A stretch of 33,969 nt of DNA from a virus (lineage: Duplodnaviria; Caudoviricetes). Shown piece after piece: positions 15,166 through 23,361 of the stretch; positions within the stretch are counted from its first letter, which is position 1, and every line of letters starts with the position of its first letter. The notes beneath the pieces were generated by a model that saw nothing but the letters and a program-made list of their open reading frames with translations, was not told where the DNA came from and did not search any database. The stretch covers positions 1 to 33,969 of the IMG/VR virus record IMGVR_UViG_3300035676_000528. One strand, written 5' to 3'. The translations under genes were made by a program, and so were the position numbers.

Positions 15166-16772
15166 GTTCCCAACGTCCTGCAGGTTACATACATCGTATC
15201 GGTCGCCACGGGCGCCGACGTCATCGTGAACTCACCTGAGGCTGGATCACTCTCGGTATAGTGCGTGTCGCGCACCTGCTGCAATCCATTGAGATAGACG
15301 ACAAGTGTGTTCATGATGTAGGCGAATTTCACAGTGAACACCGTCCTCGACCCGTCCATGCTTTCGAGCGGCGTGAGCGTGGCATAGTCACCGTAGCCAG
15401 CATCGGTCGAGTCGTCGGTGATCGCATTGATGGCCTGCGCTTCCGTGGCCGGCCTGTAGTTGAGGATCGTCTTCCACAGGGCGATGGGGTCCGTGTACTG
15501 CAGGCTGAACTCGCCGTTGAACTGGACGTGGGCATTCCCACCTGGATCAAGCTCCGGGAAGGTGATGCGCAACGTCCGACACGGCATGTACTCGGAAACG
15601 TCGAAGCTGGCCAGGTTGATGCTGACGATATCGCCGGCGATGATGTGGTCCGGTGTGCCGTCCAGCTCCGGGACCTGTTCCCCGAACCAGGTGAACTCGA
15701 AGAACCACTGGGGATAGCGAAGACCCTTCTGCTGTCCGTACACATCTGCGCCTGGGGGGCCATTTACGATTACGTTGGCCCGAGCCTTGACGGCCGAGAG
15801 GATCTTCAGCTCATTGAAGTGGGTCTCGGAGATCTGCCAGCGTCCGTGGGTGTCGATCGAGCTGCCCGGAACCAGGTCACCGTCGTCGATCCAGCTCTTT
15901 CCGGCGACGTAGGTGTAAGAGTCAGTGTCGTCCTGGATGCGGGCGAAGACGGTCGAAGTTGTCGCAGGGGCGCCACCACCCCAGATCAGCGCGTCGTTGA
16001 TGATCAGGGTGCCATCTTCCGTGCCCGAGACCTCCCGGAACCCCCAGGTCGCCCCCTGGTACTCGTCCGGGCTAGTGGTGATGGCGTTGTAATTCGGACT
16101 GTCCGAGAAGCCCCAGCGCTTCTGGATCGTCTCGTAGGCGTGGTAGTGCACCTTCTTGTCGGGACCGATGTAGAACACGGCCCCAGCCCATGCCGCCTGC
16201 TCGTCGAACTGGTCGCGGATCTTCGTTCCCTGCTGCTTGTAGAAGAAGGTCTCGTCTGAATCGTCCGGCAGAACAGCGGTGATGTCGTCGATTTCCGAGG
16301 TCGCATCGAATCCGCTGGGGAAGTCGCAGTATGTCGACAGCAGGGTCCGCAGGACGTAGCCATCCATGGTGGTCTTGGCCCAGCCGGTTTCGTTGGGGGC
16401 GTGGCCAAGGTAGTTGGTCGTCTTGCGGATGAAGAGCGTGTCGAACAGGACGTTGTAGTCGACGCCCTCCAGCCGCCAGATCCGCTTCTCGTACGCCTCT
16501 GGGTTCGAGGTGTTATCGGCGGGGAACGGATAGGTCATCCCCACGCGCTTGACATATCCCCCGAACATGGGGATGCCGTCGATGTAGAGGCGGATCTCCC
16601 GCCCCGTCACGAAGTCGTAGGACTGGTCCGGGTCCTTGACGCGGAAGCTGAACGTGCCGGCCACGGCGTTCATCTGCGACTCGAACTGGGCATCCTCGAA
16701 GAGGACATCGTTCGTGATGTCTACCGGCGTGCCCGCATCGTCGTAGGTGATCTGGACCGTGCTTCCGCTCAT
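15162..16772 (-). CDS. Minor tail / baseplate-hub-like protein, paralog of the core of the 1904-aa protein
   Basis: DIT..V, GREIRLYIDG..MFGGYV, LEGVDY and FYIGPDKKVHY fit siphovirus hub/Tal-like proteins. C-terminal LVVYLNGLQQ...YTE domain. Confidence 0.72.
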   Translation of the reverse strand: MSGSTVQITYDDAGTPVDITNDVLFEDAQFESQMNAVAGTFSFRVKDPDQSYDFVTGREIRLYIDGIPMFGGYVKRVGMTYPFPADNTSNPEAYEKRIWRLEGVDYNVLFDTLFIRKTTNYLGHAPNETGWAKTTMDGYVLRTLLSTYCDFPSGFDATSEIDDITAVLPDDSDETFFYKQQGTKIRDQFDEQAAWAGAVFYIGPDKKVHYHAYETIQKRWGFSDSPNYNAITTSPDEYQGATWGFREVSGTEDGTLIINDALIWGGGAPATTSTVFARIQDDTDSYTYVAGKSWIDDGDLVPGSSIDTHGRWQISETHFNELKILSAVKARANVIVNGPPGADVYGQQKGLRYPQWFFEFTWFGEQVPELDGTPDHIIAGDIVSINLASFDVSEYMPCRTLRITFPELDPGGNAHVQFNGEFSLQYTDPIALWKTILNYRPATEAQAINAITDDSTDAGYGDYATLTPLESMDGSRTVFTVKFAYIMNTLVVYLNGLQQVRDTHYTESDPASGEFTMTSAPVATDTMYVTCRTLGT

Positions 16773-16779
16773 GCTTCCC

Positions 16780-19700
16780 CTAGCTGGCTATCAGATACGT
16801 GACGATCAGCGTCTGCCCGACAGATGGCGTGAACCCGAGGGTGATGACCCCGGTCGCAGGCGAGGTCTGGGTGAAGTTGAACTGGGCCAGGCCATTCATC
16901 GTCACCAGGACGGTCCCGGCAACATACGGATGGGCGAGCGTGATCGCCGCCGACCCGGAATACGTGACGGTCTGGCTGATGACGCCAGTCGACTGCTCCG
17001 CCCCTTCTTCTTCTGCCGGGTCAACGACTCCAGAGACAGCTTCCCAGCGGATGAAGTTGTCGAAGTAGAAGTTCGTGTACCCGCCGCCAGTCGTGTATGT
17101 CTGGACCTGGAGATCGAACGCGCCGACCGTCCAGGGCAGCGGATCTGTGTTTCTCGAAATCATCCAGGTCGGCTCGGTTGTCCCGCGCTCCCATACCTTG
17201 GCAGTTACGCTGCTTCCCTGAACATTCACCTTGACTGTATACCAGGTCGCATTGGTGAAAACGAAGTCAACCGATGTCTGGATAGCATCGTATGTATCCA
17301 GGTAGACCTTATCGGCTACGGACGAACCTCCGGTCAATGTCATGTTGAGTCCGCCAGTACCGGTAGTGGGATTATCTGCGAGCGAGAAGAGAATTGACGT
17401 ATTCGTTCCCCAACTATCCACCATGAAATCGAAACTGAAGAGACTCGTCGAGGAGGTCAGAAGCTCGTCGGGGAACCCAGCCCCAGTAAGGGGGAACCAG
17501 TTAGATCCGCCCTCATTCAGGGTGAGGTAGCCAGAGTTGTAACTAGAGGTTGGGTTCACAACCCGAATCCGGCCCACACCAGATTCGACAGAGAAATCAG
17601 CATCTCCATCGGTGGAGTTGTACCAAGGATCAGATGTACCTGACGTATCCGCCCACGCTAGCTGGCTGTGGCCCAATCCGATCGTCCGATCGTCCCAGTC
17701 ATCGATGACATGGGCGACAAGCTGTGTGCAATCAGGATCGGCGCTCGTTACAACGAGGTCATCAATCCAGATCTTCTGCCCGCCTATACCCTGCAAGAAG
17801 AAGTATCGGCCCGTTGCGGTCGTTGGGACGGTCCAGATGTCCCAACCAGTCCAATCTGACGGTTCGCTATCCGTGGTCTTCCAGAACCGCACGTAAGAGG
17901 CTGTCGAGGTGAAGTGGCAGCGAGCGTTGTACCAAGCTCCGATTGTGGCTGTTGGCTCCGTCCCGCTGCCATAGTCTTCGTCGCCGGATGCCCACCCAGC
18001 GTCGGCAAAGACCTTGATCTTTCCGGAAGAAACCCGGCTGTCCCAGCCGCACAAGGCAGAAGCGTCGAACGCATCGGCTGCGTCCATGATCCCGCCCTGG
18101 AATGACGAATAGGTCCCGTCGTATTTGAACTTGAAGGTGACCGTGACGTCTGTTCCCGAGATTGGAATACTCAGCCCGCCAGCGTTCCCGCTCGGAGAGA
18201 TCCCAAATCCGCTGATGATCCCGGTCGATCCGTCAACGGAGAAACAGGAATCTGGGAAATAGCCAAGGTGGTATGGAAGCCAGGTCCCGCCGCTAGTAGA
18301 AGTCCCCCACCCGTTTGACACCGTTCGGGTGAATGAGTCCGATGCTCCTCCCCCAGCTTCCAGGCAGTTGGCGTAGCAGGGAGAGCCCTCGTATTCGATG
18401 CCGATGTAATCCTGCGTCAACTCGAATGTGGCCGATTGCGTCCCAGATGTGTAGAGCGAGGAGTTGAGGGTCTGCCCCGCTCCTGTCAGCGCCACACCAG
18501 GAGAAATAGAGAACGTGATCGGAGATCCACCATCTGGGAGCAGCACAGCCGAAGCGGTCGTCCCCGAGACGGCGACCGTCAACATCGCCCATTCGTCTGC
18601 TGCCCATCCGGTAATTGCCTCAGTGTCCTCCCACTCATCCACCCCGTTGTAGAAACGAAGAGCGAGATATGGACTTAGGACGTTGTACCGGACCTCGAAG
18701 CAGAGGATGGAGTCCTCGTCATTCCAGGCCGTCCAGCATGGCCAGAAGAGGGCCTCTCCTGATGTTGGTGCAGGATTCCATTTTAACCGCGTCGTCATGG
18801 TGTAGTCGCCAGTGGCTGGGGATGTCGTCGTCTCCCCGACATATCCGCTTGTACCGGTGATACTCAGGACGCCTGATTCACCATCGACTTCTGACGCCCC
18901 ATTAGTTCGTGGTGTACGAGCAGACCAGACCGAACCGGCACTCCCAGTGCCCCAACCGCTCGCGACCGTTCGATTGAAGTTATCCCAGGCGTATAGCGAG
19001 CAGCGGTCGACCCCCTCAACGTCGATATCGTCTATGACTAGTTCCGTATCTCCCCATTCGACTTCTGGCGATTCGTATTGGATGTAGATCCCATTCCCGG
19101 TCCATGCGTTTTCAGTAGCCAATGATTGGGTCAGCATCCAGTCAGTAGGTTCCGATCCACTAGATGGCCATATCTTGGCTCGTGCCTCATCGCCATCGAT
19201 GCGTTCAATTAGGACTCGGTACTCCGTGTTATACGAGAAATCGAATTTCATCTTTGCATAATCACTGGCTGGATTGTCGAGCGACAACCAAAGGTTATAT
19301 ACATCGGGGTCGTCGGGGTACAGGTCCTTCGAAACCGCAAAATTAAGCTCGCCCTCTGCCCCTCGGAAGCCACCTAGATCGAAAACAACATTGGGCTGTG
19401 GGAACACATCAGCATCGGGGTTAGTTACCTCGGCTGTAAATGTGAACGATGCGGTAAAGCTCGATGGTATCTCTGGCGAGAGATACATCTCAGAATAGCC
19501 ATATCCTTGCCCAGCTTCGCAAAGAATATGGCCAGCTGACCCATCAACCCAGAAGGTAGCGTCATCCCAATCAGAGTACGTGTACCAGGGAAGCTGGCAA
19601 TCGGCTGTTCCCCACCCGAACTCACCCCAGCTAGGTGTCGAGGCTGCGATCGTCCGTGTGAACGTATCGGTGATGCCGCAGATCTCGTCGGTGCAGCCTC

Positions 19701-22494
19701 CTCCTCCTCCTCCTTCTCCTCCGCCCCCAGGGATCTCAGGTGGAGTGGTGTCCGGCGGTTTGGGGTATGGGAGGATGCCAGGGGCGTATGGATCGAAGAA
19801 GGACCAGTTCGAGTCCAGCTCGTGACTGAGCGTCAAGTCATAGCGCGGAACGTCGGGAGAAAGCCAGCGCAGGCGGAGATGCCTGATCGGGATCGTGTCG
19901 TCGTAGTCCCAGACGTCAGACACGACATGCACCTTGTGGCCCGCACGCAGCCCGTGCTCGAACACCGTTGCCGTGAGCGAGACCTTGTCGTACTTGCGTC
20001 CCCGCTTCGATGTTGACGTCCCGTTGACGTAGGAGGCAGCGATCTTGTCGATCGAGGCCTGCTTGTAGATCCCACTCACCACGCCACCGAACTGCCAGCG
20101 GTTGTGGGTCGTGATCGACGACTCGCTCTCCAGCCGCTCGTAGACAGGATCTTCGCTGCCATAGCCGGCCCCGATCAGCAGGATGTCGTTGATCATCTGG
20201 GTGCCGTCTTCGGTGATGGTCAGGTTCTGGCAGCCGTGGTAGTCCCCTGTCGGATTGTCCGAGAGCGCGAACGGGGCATCCTCGACATCGACGTCGCCCC
20301 AGACCAGCTTCCGGTCCGGATCGATGTACCAGATGGGCGAGAGCCACGAGGCCATAAGCCGCATCGAATCCACCCAGGGGGCACCCGGCTTGATGGGAGC
20401 GCCCTTCTGATCCTCGTTGATCGTGCCGAGGCTGGAGATCCTGGAGTGCGTGTCGATGTCGTCGCCCGACAGGTCGAGGTAGTCGCTGAACAGGTCGGCC
20501 AGGGCGGTCGTATCGAGCGTGTACGCCGGGTACATCGGCGTGTCGCCGTTCCTGGGGTTGCTCAGGTCGTAGACGATCCGCTTCTGGAAGAGGATGTTGA
20601 TGTCTACGCCCTCGATCTCGAACAGCCGCTCCGCAGTCGAGAACGCAGGGAAGGGGTAGACGCGCTTCACCCGCATGACGTAGCCGGTCCAGAGGTTGAG
20701 GTTCGCCACCTTGACGTAGATCTGGTGACCGGTCGTGAAGCCGTCGGTCCGATCCGAGTCGATGAGCGTGATCCTGCAATTCCCCGGGTTGCCGTTGACC
20801 TGGGAGACGAACTCCGTCCGGGTGAAGATCACCTCGCTGGTCACGTCCACGCCATTGATCGTGATCGAGACGGTCGTCGGCACGACCTCGCCCGTATGCG
20901 GTGAGACCGGGTAGGTGATGTACTCCTGGTCCCTGATGATGGCACTGGCCGAGAACGAACCGCTTCGTGATCCCTTGAAAATGGAGCTAGCAGTCAGCGA
21001 GCCATACCCGAATCCCCGGATACAGGCGTCTGCTCCAAAAGAGCCGGTATTCGTTATGACCAGATAGGCGTCGGCGTTAGTCTCAGCGGTCGATGTTCCG
21101 CGGAAGATGGCATCCGCCGTGAACGACCCAGGCGTCGTCTTCCTGATGAGCGCGCTTGCCGAGATATCGGCCGATACCGTCTGGACGAAGAAAGCGCTAG
21201 CACCAAAGCTGTCCGAAACGGAGAGGAGAATGAGGGCATCGGCGGCGAAATCGTCCTGGCGCGCTGCCGAGAGAATCGCATCGCCCGACAGCGATTCTGA
21301 GATCGTCTTCTCGATGACGGCATCCGTCGAGAAGTCGCCAGTGACGATCGTAGCGTTGGTGATAGATGCGTCGGCTGAGAAGTCGCCAGACGCCTGAGAC
21401 TTGACGATGGAGCTGGCCGAAAGCGAGCCGCTGGCTGTCGAGTGGATGATGGCGTCTGCGCCGAAACTCCCTGTATTAGTAACAGCGAAGAAGGCGCTGG
21501 AATCGAAGGATTCTATCTGTGTTAGCTTTACGATCGCGTCTGAGTCGAAGCTAGCGGATGTAGATCGGCTGACGATGGCGTCGGCGGAGAAGTCGTCAGT
21601 AACCGTGCTCGCAATATAGGCATCGGCGGAGAACTGACTAGACGAAGAGGCTCGAATGACGGCGTCGGCGGTCAGGGCTGACCCAGTAAAGGCTACGATC
21701 AGGACAGCGCCGTCATCTCCTGATTCAGTTGACCCGACGATGTCGATGCCACCGTAGGAGCCGCTGGTTTGGGCCACCGTCAGGTACCAACACGACAGCC
21801 GATACCTGTTGCCTGAGAACGCATATCCAGTATCGGCACCGGCTGTGAAGCCGCTTACCGTGGACGGACCTGGATCGGGCGTGGCTGGCTGCTTGATCTG
21901 GATGACATAGATGATTGCCGGTACGCCCTGCGCCGGGGTGATCGTGGGGACTGGCGGAGTGCTGTCGTTGGTGAACGAGGCGGCGAGATACGACCCCCTC
22001 GTCGGAGATACGAGTCCCGCTACCTCCTCGACAAGCCAGCAGGCAGAGGTCAGGCTGCTGAATGATTGCTCTGTTCCGGCCGACGATGCCTTGTAGGCGA
22101 TAGCGCCCGAGCGGTTGTTGGTGGCGTTGTTGAAGACGACCGGCTCGTCAGTGAACCCCGCCGAGAAGTTGATGACCGATCCGTCGGCCACTCCCTTTCC
22201 CGCAAACTGGAGGAGGAGATGGCCTGCCCCACAGACACTGGGGAAACTGACCGAGGTAGCGCCAGCACTGCTGTTCCCTGCCGACCCACCCTGTATGCGC
22301 GTAGGCGCAGAAGGGAAGGCAAATGTTCTCTTGATGATCGCATCGGCCGAGAAAGAACTACTCCTCGACGCAGATACAATCGAGTCTGCGCTGAAATCAT
22401 TCTCGACAGTGTCGACTTCCAGCAGGAAGGCGCCAGATCCGTCTTCCAGAAGATAGGCGTCTGTTCCATTCTCCAAGAGGAGACGACTAGACAT
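16780..22494 (-). CDS. Large multidomain tail-tip/adhesin protein (FSADA repeats, hub-like domain, four beta-sandwich modules)
   Basis: GAGGAGG RBS; 1904 aa, rich in S/T/G and aromatics. Internal repeats are visible, and the gene lies downstream of the tape measure. Confidence 0.8.
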   Translation of the reverse strand: MSSRLLLENGTDAYLLEDGSGAFLLEVDTVENDFSADSIVSASRSSSFSADAIIKRTFAFPSAPTRIQGGSAGNSSAGATSVSFPSVCGAGHLLLQFAGKGVADGSVINFSAGFTDEPVVFNNATNNRSGAIAYKASSAGTEQSFSSLTSACWLVEEVAGLVSPTRGSYLAASFTNDSTPPVPTITPAQGVPAIIYVIQIKQPATPDPGPSTVSGFTAGADTGYAFSGNRYRLSCWYLTVAQTSGSYGGIDIVGSTESGDDGAVLIVAFTGSALTADAVIRASSSSQFSADAYIASTVTDDFSADAIVSRSTSASFDSDAIVKLTQIESFDSSAFFAVTNTGSFGADAIIHSTASGSLSASSIVKSQASGDFSADASITNATIVTGDFSTDAVIEKTISESLSGDAILSAARQDDFAADALILLSVSDSFGASAFFVQTVSADISASALIRKTTPGSFTADAIFRGTSTAETNADAYLVITNTGSFGADACIRGFGYGSLTASSIFKGSRSGSFSASAIIRDQEYITYPVSPHTGEVVPTTVSITINGVDVTSEVIFTRTEFVSQVNGNPGNCRITLIDSDRTDGFTTGHQIYVKVANLNLWTGYVMRVKRVYPFPAFSTAERLFEIEGVDINILFQKRIVYDLSNPRNGDTPMYPAYTLDTTALADLFSDYLDLSGDDIDTHSRISSLGTINEDQKGAPIKPGAPWVDSMRLMASWLSPIWYIDPDRKLVWGDVDVEDAPFALSDNPTGDYHGCQNLTITEDGTQMINDILLIGAGYGSEDPVYERLESESSITTHNRWQFGGVVSGIYKQASIDKIAASYVNGTSTSKRGRKYDKVSLTATVFEHGLRAGHKVHVVSDVWDYDDTIPIRHLRLRWLSPDVPRYDLTLSHELDSNWSFFDPYAPGILPYPKPPDTTPPEIPGGGGEGGGGGGCTDEICGITDTFTRTIAASTPSWGEFGWGTADCQLPWYTYSDWDDATFWVDGSAGHILCEAGQGYGYSEMYLSPEIPSSFTASFTFTAEVTNPDADVFPQPNVVFDLGGFRGAEGELNFAVSKDLYPDDPDVYNLWLSLDNPASDYAKMKFDFSYNTEYRVLIERIDGDEARAKIWPSSGSEPTDWMLTQSLATENAWTGNGIYIQYESPEVEWGDTELVIDDIDVEGVDRCSLYAWDNFNRTVASGWGTGSAGSVWSARTPRTNGASEVDGESGVLSITGTSGYVGETTTSPATGDYTMTTRLKWNPAPTSGEALFWPCWTAWNDEDSILCFEVRYNVLSPYLALRFYNGVDEWEDTEAITGWAADEWAMLTVAVSGTTASAVLLPDGGSPITFSISPGVALTGAGQTLNSSLYTSGTQSATFELTQDYIGIEYEGSPCYANCLEAGGGASDSFTRTVSNGWGTSTSGGTWLPYHLGYFPDSCFSVDGSTGIISGFGISPSGNAGGLSIPISGTDVTVTFKFKYDGTYSSFQGGIMDAADAFDASALCGWDSRVSSGKIKVFADAGWASGDEDYGSGTEPTATIGAWYNARCHFTSTASYVRFWKTTDSEPSDWTGWDIWTVPTTATGRYFFLQGIGGQKIWIDDLVVTSADPDCTQLVAHVIDDWDDRTIGLGHSQLAWADTSGTSDPWYNSTDGDADFSVESGVGRIRVVNPTSSYNSGYLTLNEGGSNWFPLTGAGFPDELLTSSTSLFSFDFMVDSWGTNTSILFSLADNPTTGTGGLNMTLTGGSSVADKVYLDTYDAIQTSVDFVFTNATWYTVKVNVQGSSVTAKVWERGTTEPTWMISRNTDPLPWTVGAFDLQVQTYTTGGGYTNFYFDNFIRWEAVSGVVDPAEEEGAEQSTGVISQTVTYSGSAAITLAHPYVAGTVLVTMNGLAQFNFTQTSPATGVITLGFTPSVGQTLIVTYLIAS
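20935..21680 (-). repeat. Array of about 18 degenerate 14-aa FSADA protein repeats
   Basis: For example QFSADAYIASTVTD-DFSADAIVSRSTSA-SFDSDAIV. Two more copies lie at about 22330-22400. Confidence 0.85.
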
Positions 22495-22548
22495 GGCGCC
22501 TCCTCGTCTCTGTCAGTAATGACAGCGCATACGGGTTTATGCCACCAA

Positions 22549-23352
22549 CTAGGTGAAGCGAACCCAGTCAACATATGCTTCGGCTTGGACGCTGTTGTCT
22601 TGACCCGAGATCATGATCGCCACGGAACCAACCGTGAAGCCCGGGTTGACGGCCGTGTTGATCGTCCGAAACACCTTCCCCCCGAGGGAGAACTGCGTCG
22701 TGACGCTCGTGCTGGATGCCACGACAAGCCGTAGATAGCAGGGCAGGCCGACACCCCATGCGACATCTCCGCCCCAACTGGATCGCGCTGTTCGACTTGA
22801 CCAGATGCCGTATCCAACATTGGAATCGCCCGGGCCGTAGGTGCTCGTCGAGCCGTATTGGTGTCCCATGTACTTTCCCGGAGAAGCCTCTCCGACCATC
22901 AGGTGTGTCGAGCGATACGAGGCGCCCGTCAGTTGATCAACGAGTTTCATCGTGACGGTGAACGGCGTCGAGGGTGCGGACCTGAGTATCCCGTGTAGCT
23001 GGAACGTGCCGGTACTCGCGCTGTATAGCCGCACCAGCGAGTTGGCGACAGTAATCGTCGGGCTGCCGATCGTTGTCCAGTCGCCATCGAGTGACGAACC
23101 CTCAAACTCGTCGTCGTAAGCCGAAGGGCTAGTGGGAAGGCAATCGGCGGAACCGGCTAGACCCGGTATCACAATCTCGGCCGAGAGGGCGCTGCTGGCA
23201 GCTGCCGTGATATAGGACGCATCGGTTCCTAGAGCGGTACCAATTTGAGCAAGAGTGATCTTTTTGCTTGCGCCGCCCTGGTTGACGGCAAACTCATCAG
23301 TCCCGGCGGGGGACGTTACGGCAGTCAAGGCGGAAATCTTGGTGTCAGCCAT
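22549..23352 (-). CDS. Minor tail / receptor-binding-like protein with a lectin-like C-terminal domain
   Basis: The N-terminus MADTKISALT...KKITLAQI is typical of virion fibre proteins. DDEFEGSSLDGDW...YVDWVRF brackets a ConA-like sandwich. Confidence 0.65.
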   Translation of the reverse strand: MADTKISALTAVTSPAGTDEFAVNQGGASKKITLAQIGTALGTDASYITAAASSALSAEIVIPGLAGSADCLPTSPSAYDDEFEGSSLDGDWTTIGSPTITVANSLVRLYSASTGTFQLHGILRSAPSTPFTVTMKLVDQLTGASYRSTHLMVGEASPGKYMGHQYGSTSTYGPGDSNVGYGIWSSRTARSSWGGDVAWGVGLPCYLRLVVASSTSVTTQFSLGGKVFRTINTAVNPGFTVGSVAIMISGQDNSVQAEAYVDWVRFT

Positions 23353-23361
23353 GTCCCTCTC

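Noticed and set aside
19697-19728. (CCT)n microsatellite
   Set aside because: It simply encodes the GGGGEGGGGGG linker between hub and lectin-like modules.
16780-23352. Diversity-generating retroelement or invertase-based tail switching
   Set aside because: No reverse transcriptase or recombinase is present, and no near-identical nucleotide repeat pair was seen. The paralogy is old and visible only at protein level.
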